A stretch of DNA of 58,324 bases, filler included, from Basidiobolus ranarum (taxonomy: Eukaryota): assembly GCA_040143965.1 (NCBI GenBank). It is 7 parts of 7 records of this genome, joined end to end, with 100 filler letters (N's around TTAATTAATTAA, not from the genome) between each part and the next. Parts side by side here need not be neighbours in the genome. Positions count along the whole stretch, not along the records: positions 33,427 to 41,667 come from JASJQH010007871.1; positions 41,768 to 50,001 come from JASJQH010007873.1; positions 50,102 to 58,324 come from JASJQH010007874.1; 4 more parts are not named here. One strand, written 5' to 3'. Within the stretch, counting starts at the first letter, position 1. Each line of letters opens with the position of its first letter. The translations under genes were made by a program, and so were the position numbers. Below, piece after piece: positions 38,150 through 50,292 of this stretch. The notes under the pieces are model-generated. The model made no database searches, was not told the origin of the DNA, and saw nothing but the letters and a program-made list of their open reading frames with translations.

Positions 38150-40490
38150 CCGATAAGCCACTGGTTGCTCCATATAGATCTCTTCTTTTAGATTTCCATT
38201 CAGAAAGGCTATTTTTACATCCATATGTTGGAAATTAAGTTGATGTGCAGCTGAGGGTGCCAGGATTGCTCTAGTAAAGCTAAACATGGCTACTGGAGCA
38301 AAAGTTTTATCAAAATCAATCCTAGAGTCTGCAATTCACATGTTGCAACAAATCTTGCTTTGTATCTTTCCATGGTTGCTTCAGCTTGGTTTTTGAATTT
38401 GCAGACCATTTGTAACCAATTGGCTTTCTCCCCAATAGTACCAGACTGAGAACCAATGCTTTACTTTCCTACAGTGATGAAAGCTCATTTGATGTTGCTT
38501 TTTCCCAAAATTATGAAACTGGACACTCCAGGGCTTGATCTAGAGTCTGTGGCCCATCACAGAATGTGGCATAAGCATAGACATTATCATTGGAAGTATC
38601 CCATCAGTTCCCTGGCTTATTCCTCTTTCAGAATGATATTCTAGGTCCTGAACAATCCACTGCTGTAATTAGGGTTTAAATTTTGGTTGAACATGGCTCA
38701 AATTCAGCTGGAATTTTGTCAGACATTTCATGAATAGTGCTGATTTTGTTTTCTGTATCAAGAACTGTGCTTTGAGGTGAAAATTGCTTTTTCAACAAAA
38801 ATCACATCTCTGCACTTAACTTACTTCTGATATTTAGTATCATACAGTCTGTAGGCTTTAGATCAATCACAGAAACCAAGAAATATACGTTTTCTGCTTT
38901 TGGGTTCCAATTGAGAGCTTTTATGAGGTGGAATTAGCCAATATGCCATACAACTGAAGAGTCTGTGATCACCCAGACTTAGATTTGATTCATATAGGGC
39001 TCTCAATGCAGTACAACTTTGTAGCAATCAGGTTGCACATCTGTTTTTGATATAGACTGCAGTGGAAGCAGATTCACCTCAGTATTGGTAATATAACATT
39101 ACATAAAGTAACATTGAATCTGCCATCTCCACTATGTGCCTATTAGTGCATTCTGCAACTCCATTTTGCTGTGGGGTACAAGGTACAGTTCTTTCTTGCA
39201 TAATTCCATGTTTAGAACAAAAACTAGTAAAATCTTTGGAGTGTCAATCTCCACCATTTTCACTTGTTAGTATTCATATTTTTTGTACTCATTATTTATC
39301 TACCATTGCTTTGTATTGCTTGAATGCAGCCAAGGCTTTAGATTTTCATTTGAGAAAGAATACCCAAGTGGATCTTGTTTAGTTTCTTTTCCAGCAATCT
39401 TGTAATAAATGGCCTGGTTTCTTATAATACTTTCAGATAATGCAATTCCTATAAGGGTTACCATTATTAAAGTCTGTTGGAAGTTTTACAGCTCCAAAGA
39501 CTGCCTGATCTGTATTATTTTGCCAAGAATCATATCTTGTTGCTTCCTTATTCAAAAACATAGCACCAACATACTCCAGTGATAATGGCTCTGATGTTGA
39601 TTCTAGGGCAATAATGAGGTTCCCAAGCTTGTCTGGCAGGCTCCCAAATAGTGCCATGACTAAGTAATCTTCATTTAGAGGTGCTCCAATGGATTAGAGC
39701 TGATCTGCCATAGTTTTTATGCAACTTTTATGATTAAGCATAAATTCATTTGAATTGATCTAAATTGAGAGTAATTTTTGCCCAAGCTATAGCCTATTAG
39801 CCAAACTTTCAGTTTCATATAGTCCCTCAAGTGTTTCCCAAGCAGTATGGGTGTTTTTACCATGGTGCATTTGCCTAATTGAGAGTCTCTGAGATGGAGA
39901 CAAAGCGTAGAGTGCTTTCCTCTGCTACTTGTGAAAGGTAAGGTAATCTTATGATGGTCCCTTGGTATCTATTTCTTCTCCTGTAACAAATCCCCAAAGT
40001 TCTCAGTCTTCTAGCACCATTTGCATCTTAAACTTCTAAAGATGGAAGTCATTGACATCAAACTTCTGTGTAGATGCAAAAACCTTGGTAAAAATACAAG
40101 TAGACATTTGTTTAACAGCTAGCTTGGGGATAATAACTTGATACAAGTGTTTAGGGTATATTTAAGTATTTTGGACAAGACTTGGATTTGTGAATTGGAC
40201 CCTTGAGTTTTGTTGAATTTAATATATCCTATGCATAGTTTATGACAAAATAGGACTATTGAATGTGCTCAGATCACAATAATCAAGCTTGTTAAGCATT
40301 GGTGAAACTTTGAAGTGAATTGGAGAAGTTTTGGGAAAAGCATGAAAATTGGTAAAGGTAATCAATTTGATATTTCTATCAATTGGAGCAATAAACACAC
40401 ATTTTTGAATGGCAGAATTGAGTGCTAAATAATTTGCATATGAATAAACCAACTTCTAAATAATGTGTTGCTACTTTCCTAATTTGAACA
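38150..40490 (-). mobile_element. Degenerate Ty1/copia element: LTR (~40139-40490), gag, zinc knuckle, integrase core, RT start
   Basis: KFKMQMVLED*ELWGFV, GSLPDKLGNLIIALES, CKY.KKPGH, TRSTWVFF, TPQQNGVAE, KYKARFVA, DFDKTFAPVA, HMDVKIAFLNGNLKEEIYMEQP; integrase-before-RT order. Confidence 0.9.
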
Positions 40491-40494
40491 CTAG

Positions 40495-41667
40495 TGATGC
40501 ATTTTTGGCAAGCCCACATAGGTCAGAATAATTCAGAGCAAAATCATGAGTGTATGTGTTCTCCAGAGCTAAAAAATGGCTGTCTGTGATGTTTTCCATA
40601 AATGCAACCTTTCACACATCCAATTTGGTGATATTTTCAACTACTGGGCCTGAAACAAGATGCTTTTCGATCTTTGGGTCCTTTTTGCTCCTTGATGTGT
40701 TGTAATCTTCTACGCCAAGTTTAACAACTTGTTTCAGTGGTTTTGGGTATGTTTGCATGCTTAGAATGAAATTTGTTAACTTCTAGTTGCATTTAGATCC
40801 CAGTAGCTAATTTGATGTTGATCTCAATTGTGATAGTGCATATAGCCTTGCTGAGCATGGAATTTGGCTCTTGAGCTGTTACATGTCTTACTGAAAGTAG
40901 ATTTGCCACTCTATTTGGTACATAGATTACATCATCCAATTTTGCAGATGGCATAGCCAATTTTTGAGCAAAATTGAGCACAACTGTGCACTTAACAACT
41001 GCATCTAGTGCATAGTCATCACCTAAGTAGACTTTCCTTGTTTAGATTGGCTTCAAGTTGCAAAACTAATCTTTCTTGTTTGACATATTTTGGGAAGCTC
41101 CTGAATCAATGAACCATGTTTGTCGGTATTCCTTAATGGCTACTAATGGAGCAGACACAACTACATGACTCCTATTGTTGCTTACTTGATTTGCTGTTTC
41201 AATTTTAGGTTTTGAGAAAAAAAAAGTTTCTGAAATCTTTGATTAAATGGCCAGGCTTCTTGCAATACTTTCAGATAATTCATTTCCTATTAGAGTCACT
41301 ATTATTAAAGCTAGTTGGTCATTTTTCAGCTCCAAGGACTGCCTCATATGCATTATTTTGCTAAGAAATAGATATCTTTGATTTCTCATTCAAAAGCCTA
41401 GCACCAACATACTCCATTGTTAAAGGCTCTGGACTTGATTATAGGGCAAATATGAGCTTACCAAACTTTCCTGGCAGGCTCCCACACAGTGTCATGACTA
41501 AGTCATCTTCTTTTGCAGGTGCTCCAATGGATAAGAGGTGATCTGCCATAGTTTTTATCCAATTTATAAAGTTAAGCATGGAATTGTTGGAATTCCGAAT
41601 AATTTTTACCAAAGATATAGCCTATGAGCCAGACTTTCAGTCTCATATAGTCTCTCAAGAGTCTCTG
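40495..41667 (-). mobile_element. Second degenerate copia copy of the same family (gag, zinc knuckle, protease, GAG-pre-integrase, integrase start)
   Basis: gag DNA similar to 39400-39840; CKYCKKPGH, WFIDSGASQNMS, LDDVIYVPN..ANLLSV, YSDLCG. Confidence 0.88.
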
Positions 41668-41767
41668 NNNNNNNNNNNNNNNNNNNNNNNNNNNNNNNNN
41701 NNNNNNNNNNNTTAATTAATTAANNNNNNNNNNNNNNNNNNNNNNNNNNNNNNNNNNNNNNNNNNNN
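41668..41767. other. Artificial contig spacer
   Basis: N44-TTAATTAATTAA-N44. Confidence 0.99.
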
Positions 41768-42887
41768 TCTGATCAGTCAAGTATGTGCTTATGTAGAGAC
41801 TAAACACAACAAGATTCTTGTATTTTTTGATTCTCATTATGGCTGGAATACAAAGCCTAAAATATCTAAATAAAGGCATGGGTATTAATTTGAATTCCTA
41901 CAGCAGTAAACACAGTAATTTGCCATTTGAAATTAGTTTCTTGCAAAAAGTGTTCAAAATTAAATAATGCATGCCAAATATGAGAATCAATATTTTACCA
42001 TGTATGAATACCATTGAAATACCATCCAGAAGCTGCCATCTCACCATCAAAATTGCTGGCAGAATGCAAGCCACCAACATTTTGATGGTTCTCTGATGGT
42101 TTTGCAATCCAGAACAAATTGTTTTTGTTTTTGTTAGGGATAATATACCAAATATGGAATATACTCTGGGAAGTTCAGGTGTTAGGGTGTTGGGGGCTAC
42201 AAAGACCAATACAAAGGGAGATGATGCAAGGACAATCAGGTGACATTCCATGGAAGGTCCTGGCAGAAATATACTATCTGTGGGATGATATGATTAGTCA
42301 GGTTTCATTGAATATTCTAAAGAACACAACTTCCATATAAGATAACATGGATGACCTAGCACAAGATTACCATGAAAGGATGGCACAGCAGATATGATGC
42401 AAGATCAAAATCATGACAGTAGGTGTCTTCCAAGGCTTTCCTTACCTACTTGGCTGTTTTGGCTGTTGAATATTGAATTAGCAATATGTCTTTACACTGA
42501 GACAATTATGTTAAATGCATTATGTTCTTTTCTAACCAGAATTAAAGCTTTGGTCTCACACAGTTTTGCATTGTTTTCTTTTCCTAAAACAGTGAACTAG
42601 AGTCCTTTTTCATGCAGCAGCATTTTGATTTTAACTTTCCCAACTTAACAATTGGTTCCATCCAGTTGTTGAGAAGCGGGAAAAGTTCTAAACATTTGAA
42701 AAGTAGACATTATAGAGAGTGCAAGTTTGGGGATCATAACCTGGTAAAGAATTTTGGGAGCCTGTTGGAAGTGGCTTGGAGAAATAGAGATATTGGTGGT
42801 CTTCACTGATTGATTTATAGAGTAGGAAGTTGACATTCATAGTTTTGTTAAGATGTAATCAAACCAGCTTGTAAGATGGGTTATGGA

Positions 42888-43169
42888 TATTGAAATTATT
42901 TATGGAGAAATATTGGTCTGGCCAGGATTTGAACCTGGGACCTCCTTCACTCCAGCAAGGTGCTCTAACCACTGAGCTACCAGTCCTTGTATGCTATGCC
43001 TATATTGCTAGGGAACCTTAACCTAGTCTGTCAATGTATGGTACTTTGGCATTTCAGCTATACAAGCAACTGATTAGCCTTAGACTTTGTGTTCAGATGC
43101 AGTCACCATACTCCATATTTTTCTCTTTGGGAGTTATTGCTTGTACCACAAGTCACCAGACTTTCAACA
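42888..43169. mobile_element. 282-bp solo LTR containing a tRNA-like sequence, with 5-bp TSD (Helenus-like TRIM LTR)
   Basis: Termini TATTGAAA...TTTCAACA; ATGGA duplicated at 42883-42887 and 43170-43174; absent from the mirror arm of the host repeat. Confidence 0.8.
42914..42986 (-). pseudogene. tRNA-like sequence (nominal anticodon GGA) inside the solo LTR
   Basis: GGACTGG-TA-GCTC AGTGGTTA GAGC-A-CCTTG CTGGAGT GAAGG-AGGTC-CCAGG TTCAAAT CCTGG-CCAGACC-A cloverleaf; A and B boxes intact; mismatches in the acceptor and anticodon stems. Confidence 0.75.
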
Positions 43170-44814
43170 ATGGAAGGCTTCAGGAACATGTGTGCAGAGT
43201 TTGGGGCTTCTAGGACAAGTTTGAAACATCTATATATCTGTAGACTTTGGAGTTGGTGTCAATACTCTGAGTAAATTTTAATTGAGAATAATGGGTGATA
43301 TCTTGGTGAAATATTGAATAACTAAATACTAATAAGACATACTGGTTATATACATATAGAGATATTTCTTATTAGAATATAGATGCTACTGATATGATGC
43401 TTTTGTTGAAATTAGCTTTGCCTAAACACCTATATAGTCATATATAGCTTAGTACTGAGTTATCTTATAATTCACTAAGATATTATCCAATATTCTCATT
43501 GGAATTTACTTGGAATATTTTTACCAACTTAGAAGTTCTCAGATATAAAGATTTTTCAAACTTGTGCTAGAAGCCTCAAACTTTGCACACATGTTCCTGA
43601 GACCCTCCTTAACACATTCTACATGTTAATTTGTTTACATCTTGACAAAACTATAAATGTCAACTTTCTACTCAATAAATGAATAAGTGAAAACCACCAA
43701 TTTCTCTAATTCTCCAAACCACTTCCAACAGGCTCCCAAATACTTCAACAGCTTTCTTATCTGTGATATATATATTATAGCTAAAGTTAACTAAGATGTT
43801 GATAAATATTAACTCAGCCTCCAGCTTTTGTTGAGATATTCTTTATGACATGATATATGCTACTATCACTGTTTTATGGTGTAGCAATTTGATGAAGTTT
43901 GGCCTTGTGTTAACACTCAATACATATACAAATGGATTCACACCTATTGCATGAACCTCAATTGATTCTAGTTTTGTTCATTGATTTCCAATCTATTGGA
44001 TAATAATTTGGGATTAAAAACTTTACATGATGGAAACTATATCTTCAACGATTTATTCAAGTACGAATTTTAGAAATTCACTCCATTTTTGAATTATGAA
44101 TATGTAAATTAATGAATGTGAGCGAACTATAAAATCCAAATTAGTCAAGCAATATTGGATGGGAATACTACACAATATTTGAGATTTAGTAATAATGTCT
44201 TGATTTCAAGGCGTTTCCACTCAATTATAACATGAATGAATAAATATTGTGAAAGTCAAGTGAAACGATTTACAAGATTAGTAGTTCTATTGTATTGGGG
44301 ATGTTCAAATTGTGGATTCAATGTAATAAAGAAAATCAACTTCTATATCTACTGAAATCAACCAATGAAAAGAATTTCAATAAAGCTGTGGGTTCACTTT
44401 GGTAAGCAATATCCAAGTCCAGATGCAACTTGATCAGAGTGATTTTTATCGAGGCAAAAATTGGTTGGAAATGGTGTTTTCAAAAATATACAGGAAATAA
44501 GTAAAATATTAGAAAAGCACATAAAAAAAAGCAAAAAGGAAAGGGGAATCCAAGATATCCAAAATTCTAAAAAGAAGGCTCTAAAGTGAAACTCTATAGG
44601 TATAAGAATGCTTTCAAGGGTATATGAGGATGTAAGGAGGGAACAATGCAAAAAGTGAGGTAAGATGGTGGCGAACTAGCCTTGAAGTTTAAAGCCATAG
44701 AATCCGAAGAAAATATAAAATTGTAAAATATTAAAGAAATCAGTGAAAAAGTACTACTCTATGTATTGAAATCGTGACGATATTAGAATTCCATCAACGT
44801 AAATCAGCAGACGC

Positions 44815-45734
44815 TCAATTAGATCTGACATCCCGATTACATCCCTGCCAACCCGAATTCAACTGCATTAGGGTCATGACTGCATCCATAGGATAGTCGG
44901 GCGCACAGGACGACGACTCGCTTTTGAGAGGGGTTGGACTTAGCATCTTGGCAGGATTGGACGTGCTGAGGGCTGAGTGGGCGTTGGTAGAGATGGCATA
45001 CTTGAAACTAGCCGCATTACTGGGAAGTGGTAATATTGGCCCCATCAAAGAAATCCCAATTAAAGTGCTGCTAGTGACACTTGGCAAGCTAGGACCATTG
45101 CTACTACCTATACTCCCATTCATGTTAACAAGGCTCATGGGATGAGAAACAGGTCCATGATAAGGCAATGGAACGGGAATAGACACTCCCATATTATTAT
45201 ATTGAGAAGAGTTCAAATATCCACTATTAGGAGGGCCATTCATATGAATTAACCCAGTGAGAGGAGCGGACGTGAGAGGTACTTGCCCGTTCATCATGAT
45301 ATGGTTACCATCAAGGGTAGACGTCCCAGATACCATAAGTTTACGTCGCTCTTTTTCCTTACGTTTTTGTTGACGTTTCTTAAACTCCTCCTCAGTCCAA
45401 CGGGTCTTATGATCACTAGGACCAGGGCCAAACAGCTTATTAGCGCGTTTATTAACACGACAACGAAGATCATTATCTTTATCTTCGAGGGAAAAAATAC
45501 GTCTCTCGTTAGTGCTTGAATATATATACGAAGTCGGCCTGTTAAGATGAAGGAGAACTTACTTCTTTCTTCGTTCTGCTGTCTCCATTTCTTCTTTCTT
45601 TCACGGTTTTCGGCTCTCATCTTTTCGAGCAAAGCCTCATCCATCACTTTCGATGATTTGCCACCATTGAGAGTACAATCGTCGGTGGGTACAGAGGGTA
45701 AGTTGTCTTCAACCTTGACCTGGGTAGGGGTCAT
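44815..45734 (-). CDS. DUF3020-like fungal nuclear protein; intron 45562-45483 (an upstream exon is possible)
   Basis: Spliced RAENRERKKKWRQQNEERNKDNDLRCRVNKRANKLFG...W.EEEF motif followed in frame by a low-complexity tail. Confidence 0.8.
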
Positions 45735-47622
45735 ATCCTAATCCTAAAAACCCTGTGACTGTCCCTCTCTAAAGAAAAGAGGAGAAGAAAAGGAAAAGAG
45801 ACGGTCCTATAGTGACTGTCGGGTAGTTTTGTTGTCGTACCCCGCGCACAACGAAAAAAAAATCCAAGCTTCATTGTGCTGGATCTCAGCTGATAGAACC
45901 CACTGACAATTGCTGCAAGCCTGGGTTATTGATTTCCAAAAGTAATGTCCTCTTATAATTTGTGATGCCGCTAATACAAACTTGCCAATTAACGATCGAG
46001 GAATATTTTTTTCATTATTCACTTATTCGATAAACTTCTATTTACCAAAGAAAACAATGAAAATTTTGAACACAAAATTACTAACTCAAGATTGGAGGGG
46101 AGAAAAATATAGTGTATTCCAATTCAGCCAATATATTGTATTCAAAATTGGTTTTGGCCAGATGAGAATCTCGATAGATAATTTTGGAAATAACCCATTT
46201 ATGATTGAGAATTGGGCGAATTGTGACTGACTGGATTTAGAATACCTTTTGGAGTGCATATTTTGTATGCCGAAATCCACTTAACCAATGACTGACTTCT
46301 CTTCATGGGAATTTTGGCTGATTGGGACGGGCTATTTTGCAAGATCAGATTATTCCATCTATGGTAACAGCACTCTGGCATCATATTTCATCGTATCCAC
46401 TCCATGTAGGCTGTGGCATATTGGTAACGGCAGTATCTCGTCACATTGCTTTGATGTTACCACCTTATAATGTGAGGTGTATTGCATACATCAACATGAA
46501 CAGTCATAGATAACTAAGGCATCCGATTTGGCGAGTGATAAAGAATCACCATACTGTGTAGTATCTGTGCTACATGACTGACAAATCAGCACAGTGTGGT
46601 TCATATTCACATAGTTAAGCCGGAAGCAAGTTTACTTAAGCCATAATTAAGTAGGTGATTTGGGTCACTGCGAGCTTGGTTTACAGAGGAGTGGGTATAC
46701 GCCATGAGGATTGAACCAATTGAGCATAGCTATGTTAGTATTCTTCCAACACTCAGATCCTTTGTTATTCTCATCGAATTCTTCTGAACATTGGTGACTG
46801 TCGTTGGCGATATTTGACCTCGAACATTCCGGTTTCAATTTTCGCTTTAGAGTTGCTTTCAGCATAATCATTGGTCTAGATAGTTATAGTTAAGTGAATA
46901 TTACAGGGAAATTGTATTCCTAGAACGCCGTACTATGCATGTGAGCTTTTAGGATAAATCAGATGCTAGTGACTACTCTATTCTGAGGTCCACTTCGGGA
47001 AGTGTGAGACCGTGTTGTTGTATATGGCTGGGACTCCTATCATTTCTCGATAGAATTGAGGGGGTGGATGAGGGAGCTATTGTAGACAGTACCTAAATGC
47101 AGGTTAGTTGGAAAAGGTCAGACAGGATTGGCACTCACTTCAGCGGCTCCCCTGCCTAGACATTTGTAACAAAGATTCAAGAGTGCCCCTTAGCAGAGCG
47201 ACTAGTCACCATTGAGCAAGTTCACCATATTCTAGATGAAATCAGCCTGCTTTGACAGCAGTAGTGAATCTATGAAACCAATGGATAGTGAGTTGGCAGC
47301 ACTCCAATGGCTCATAATACGACTAATCGTATGAAATAGCATGACGTGACATCCATCTTGCTGGCTTGATAGTCTTGTAAGCGGCATGCATCTGATTGGA
47401 TTTTCCGCTTGGTGAGCTGACTATCAGACATTACAACTGCAGTAGTCCACAGTGAAGCTACAATGAGCTGGGCAGATCCTCGAGTTGCTAATGATCCCGA
47501 TCATTGACCGCAAAAAACGAGCAAAACGTATCCCAAGTATAAACAATGAACAATCTCTGAATTATCTGTTGCTTTCATAACTTATCCTTCATCACATCTT
47601 CTCTTCTAACTTTACACTCAAT

Positions 47623-49002
47623 ATGAGAGAAATTGTCCACCTACAAACTGGTCAGTGCGGTAACCAAATTGGTAACAAATTCTGGGAAACCATCTCTTCC
47701 GAACATGGAATTGACAATAGTGGTACCTACCAAGGTGATAATGACCTCCAACTTGAAAGAATTAACGTCTATTACAATGAGGCTGGTTCAGGAAAATATG
47801 TCCCTCGTGCTGTCTTGATTGATTTAGAACCAGGTACTATGGACACTACCCGTTCAAGCGGTATCGGTGCCCTATTCCGCCCCGATAACTTTATCTATGG
47901 CCAAAACGGTGCTGGTAACAATTGGGCTAAAGGGCATTACACTGAGGGAGCTGAGCTTGTAGACAGTGTAATGGATGTTGTCAGAAAGGAGGCTGAGAAT
48001 TGTGACTGTCTTCAAGGTTTCCAAATCACCCATTCCCTTGGTGGTGGTACCGGCTCTGGTATGGGTACCCTTCTCATTTCAAAAATTCGTGAAGAATACC
48101 CCGATCGTATGATGTGTACTTTTTCTGTTATGCCATCTCCTAAAGTATCTGATACTGTTGTTGAGCCTTACAATTGCACACTCTCTGTCCATCAACTCGT
48201 TGAAAACTCTGACCTTACATTTTGTATCGATAATGAGGCACTTTATGATATTTGCTTCCGTACATTGAAGCTTTCCAACCCCACCTATGGTGATCTTAAT
48301 CATTTGGTTTCTCACGTCATGAGTGGTACCACCACTTCTCTTCGTTTCCCAGGTCAATTGAATTCTGATCTTCGCAAGCTTGCGGTGAACATGGTGCCCT
48401 TCCCCCGTTTACATTTCTTCATGGTCGGATACGCACCCTTGACTTCCCGTGATTCTCAATCCTTCCGCAATGCCAGTGTCGCTGAATTAACTCAACAAAT
48501 GTTTGATTCTAAAAATATGATGGCTGCATCCGATCCGCGTCATGGACGCTATTTGACTGTTTCTGCGATGTTCCGTGGTCGGATGTCTATGAAAGAAGTC
48601 GAGGATCAAATGTACCAAGTGCAAACCAAGAATTCTTCTCATTTTGTCGAATGGATTCCTAATAACATTCAAACCTCCGTATGTGACATTCCTCCCAAAG
48701 ATCTTAAAATGGCAGTCACCTTCGTTGGTAACAGTACAGCCATTCAAGAATTATTTAAGCGTGTTGAGGAACAATTCACAGCTATGTTCCGTCGTAAAGC
48801 TTTCTTACATTGGTACACTGGAGAGGGTATGGATGAAATGGAATTTACTGAAGCTGAATCCAATATGAACGATCTTGTCTCCGAATATCAACAGTATCAA
48901 GATGCCACTGTTGATGAAGAAGAATATGAAGAACAAGGATACGAACAAGAATACGACGAACAATACGAACAAGAAGAATATGAACAACAAGAGGAAAATT
49001 GA
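47623..49002 (+). CDS. TUB2: Beta-tubulin, intronless and divergent (459 aa)
   Basis: [41 protein letters not shown], acidic tail. Confidence 0.98.
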   Translation: MREIVHLQTGQCGNQIGNKFWETISSEHGIDNSGTYQGDNDLQLERINVYYNEAGSGKYVPRAVLIDLEPGTMDTTRSSGIGALFRPDNFIYGQNGAGNNWAKGHYTEGAELVDSVMDVVRKEAENCDCLQGFQITHSLGGGTGSGMGTLLISKIREEYPDRMMCTFSVMPSPKVSDTVVEPYNCTLSVHQLVENSDLTFCIDNEALYDICFRTLKLSNPTYGDLNHLVSHVMSGTTTSLRFPGQLNSDLRKLAVNMVPFPRLHFFMVGYAPLTSRDSQSFRNASVAELTQQMFDSKNMMAASDPRHGRYLTVSAMFRGRMSMKEVEDQMYQVQTKNSSHFVEWIPNNIQTSVCDIPPKDLKMAVTFVGNSTAIQELFKRVEEQFTAMFRRKAFLHWYTGEGMDEMEFTEAESNMNDLVSEYQQYQDATVDEEEYEEQGYEQEYDEQYEQEEYEQQEEN

Positions 49003-50001
49003 GTTTAAAATGATTTAGACCAATTTAATCTAACATCCTTTAGCTTCGTGTATTAGTATTTTAGCCTCTCAATATTCTTTCCGTCTTAATCATATTTACT
49101 AGTTCCTCTAGTCCCATTCTTAAATGTAACTTATATAATTTTGATTTTGTTGAGCAATTATTCCACTCGATAACTTCTATATATAAAGAAACCATTCATT
49201 TCTGCACAGGGCTGGTCCAGTCCAACCCGCACCCTTCTTGCCACTCATTCTTTGTAAGTCAATCTAACGGAATAATTATTATTACTGCTGCTGCTGTTGT
49301 AGAAGGCTGTGTTTGTCATAGTGAATGCAAGCTCTTGATCGTTCCCAATAGGAAGGATCACGGCAACGTTAATGATAATTGACCATCCACAATGAGGTGT
49401 CATACAAATTGACGAATCAAAGGCAAGTACTCCTGCAGGAAATCAAGAAAATCAATTGCTGAAACCAATTGATGTGGATCATTGTGCTCCCATACGAATC
49501 TAGTCTCTGTCTCAACAAATTGCAGTGATCTCAGCAAATAACCAGATGGATGGGGAAGAAAGCAGTTTCATCTCTCAAGTACTGTTCCATACGCTGTGTG
49601 ACCAATGAGTATGATCTAATGGGGCAGCAAATGTAGCACTAGTGAATTTTCAAATGGCGAGATGATAGTTTCATCAAGCCATATAACGGATCATCTGATG
49701 ATGTGATGGCAAAGTAATGGGGCCAGTGAGGCTTATCTGGAGGCAGGAAGAAAGCATGTCAGAACGAGCATTGTAAAGCTTTAAGCAAATCTCACTAATG
49801 GAATGGGAACTTGGCATGCAGCTATATCTCTATATGGGGTGCGATCCATTCAGCAGGTAACTTTACGAACAAGTTCTCCGGCACATAATTGGATGGTTGA
49901 CGTTGTATCTACGTGAGCATGTAACACAAGTACTAACTCTAGCTCTCCAAGATCGCTACAAACAGACTTAGCCCAGCAGCCCGGGATTTGTTTGTTTTCT
50001 A

Positions 50002-50101
50002 NNNNNNNNNNNNNNNNNNNNNNNNNNNNNNNNNNNNNNNNNNNNTTAATTAATTAANNNNNNNNNNNNNNNNNNNNNNNNNNNNNNNNNNNNNNNNNNN
50101 N
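50002..50101. other. Artificial contig spacer
   Basis: N44-TTAATTAATTAA-N44. Confidence 0.99.
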
Positions 50102-50292
50102 CACTATCAGGCGGTACAGGCCCCACTCCTGGTGTTGGATCCAGTGCTAGTGTCAGTCTATCGCCCTCAGTGGGTACCAGGGTGACCAACAATCTAGCAC
50201 CAACCATTATTCCCAGTCAAGCAAGCAATGTGCAAATTGGAGCTAGTTTACTGATCTCCCTGATGTTGACTATAAGTGCTTGTCAACTTTGA
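50102..50292 (+). CDS. 3' end of a probable GPI-anchored/cell-surface protein
   Basis: Open frame LSGGTGPTPGVGSSASVSLSPSVGT...PSQASNVQIGASLLISLMLTISACQL*: Ser/Thr/Pro stalk, omega-like site, hydrophobic tail. Confidence 0.6.

Larger units (their letters stand above)
42742..43750. mobile_element. Fold-back/MITE-like element with long imperfect inverted arms; left arm interrupted by an LTR insertion
   Basis: ~42742-42887 is the reverse complement of ~43605-43750; ~43175-43315 is the reverse complement of ~43465-43605. Confidence 0.75.

Noticed and set aside
41768-42600. Possible transposase remnant
   Set aside because: CpG-depleted and repeat-like, but I could not identify any catalytic motif.
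42914-42986. Functional tRNA-Ser(GGA)
   Set aside because: No long variable arm, A-A and G-G stem mismatches, and it lies inside a TSD-flanked insertion.
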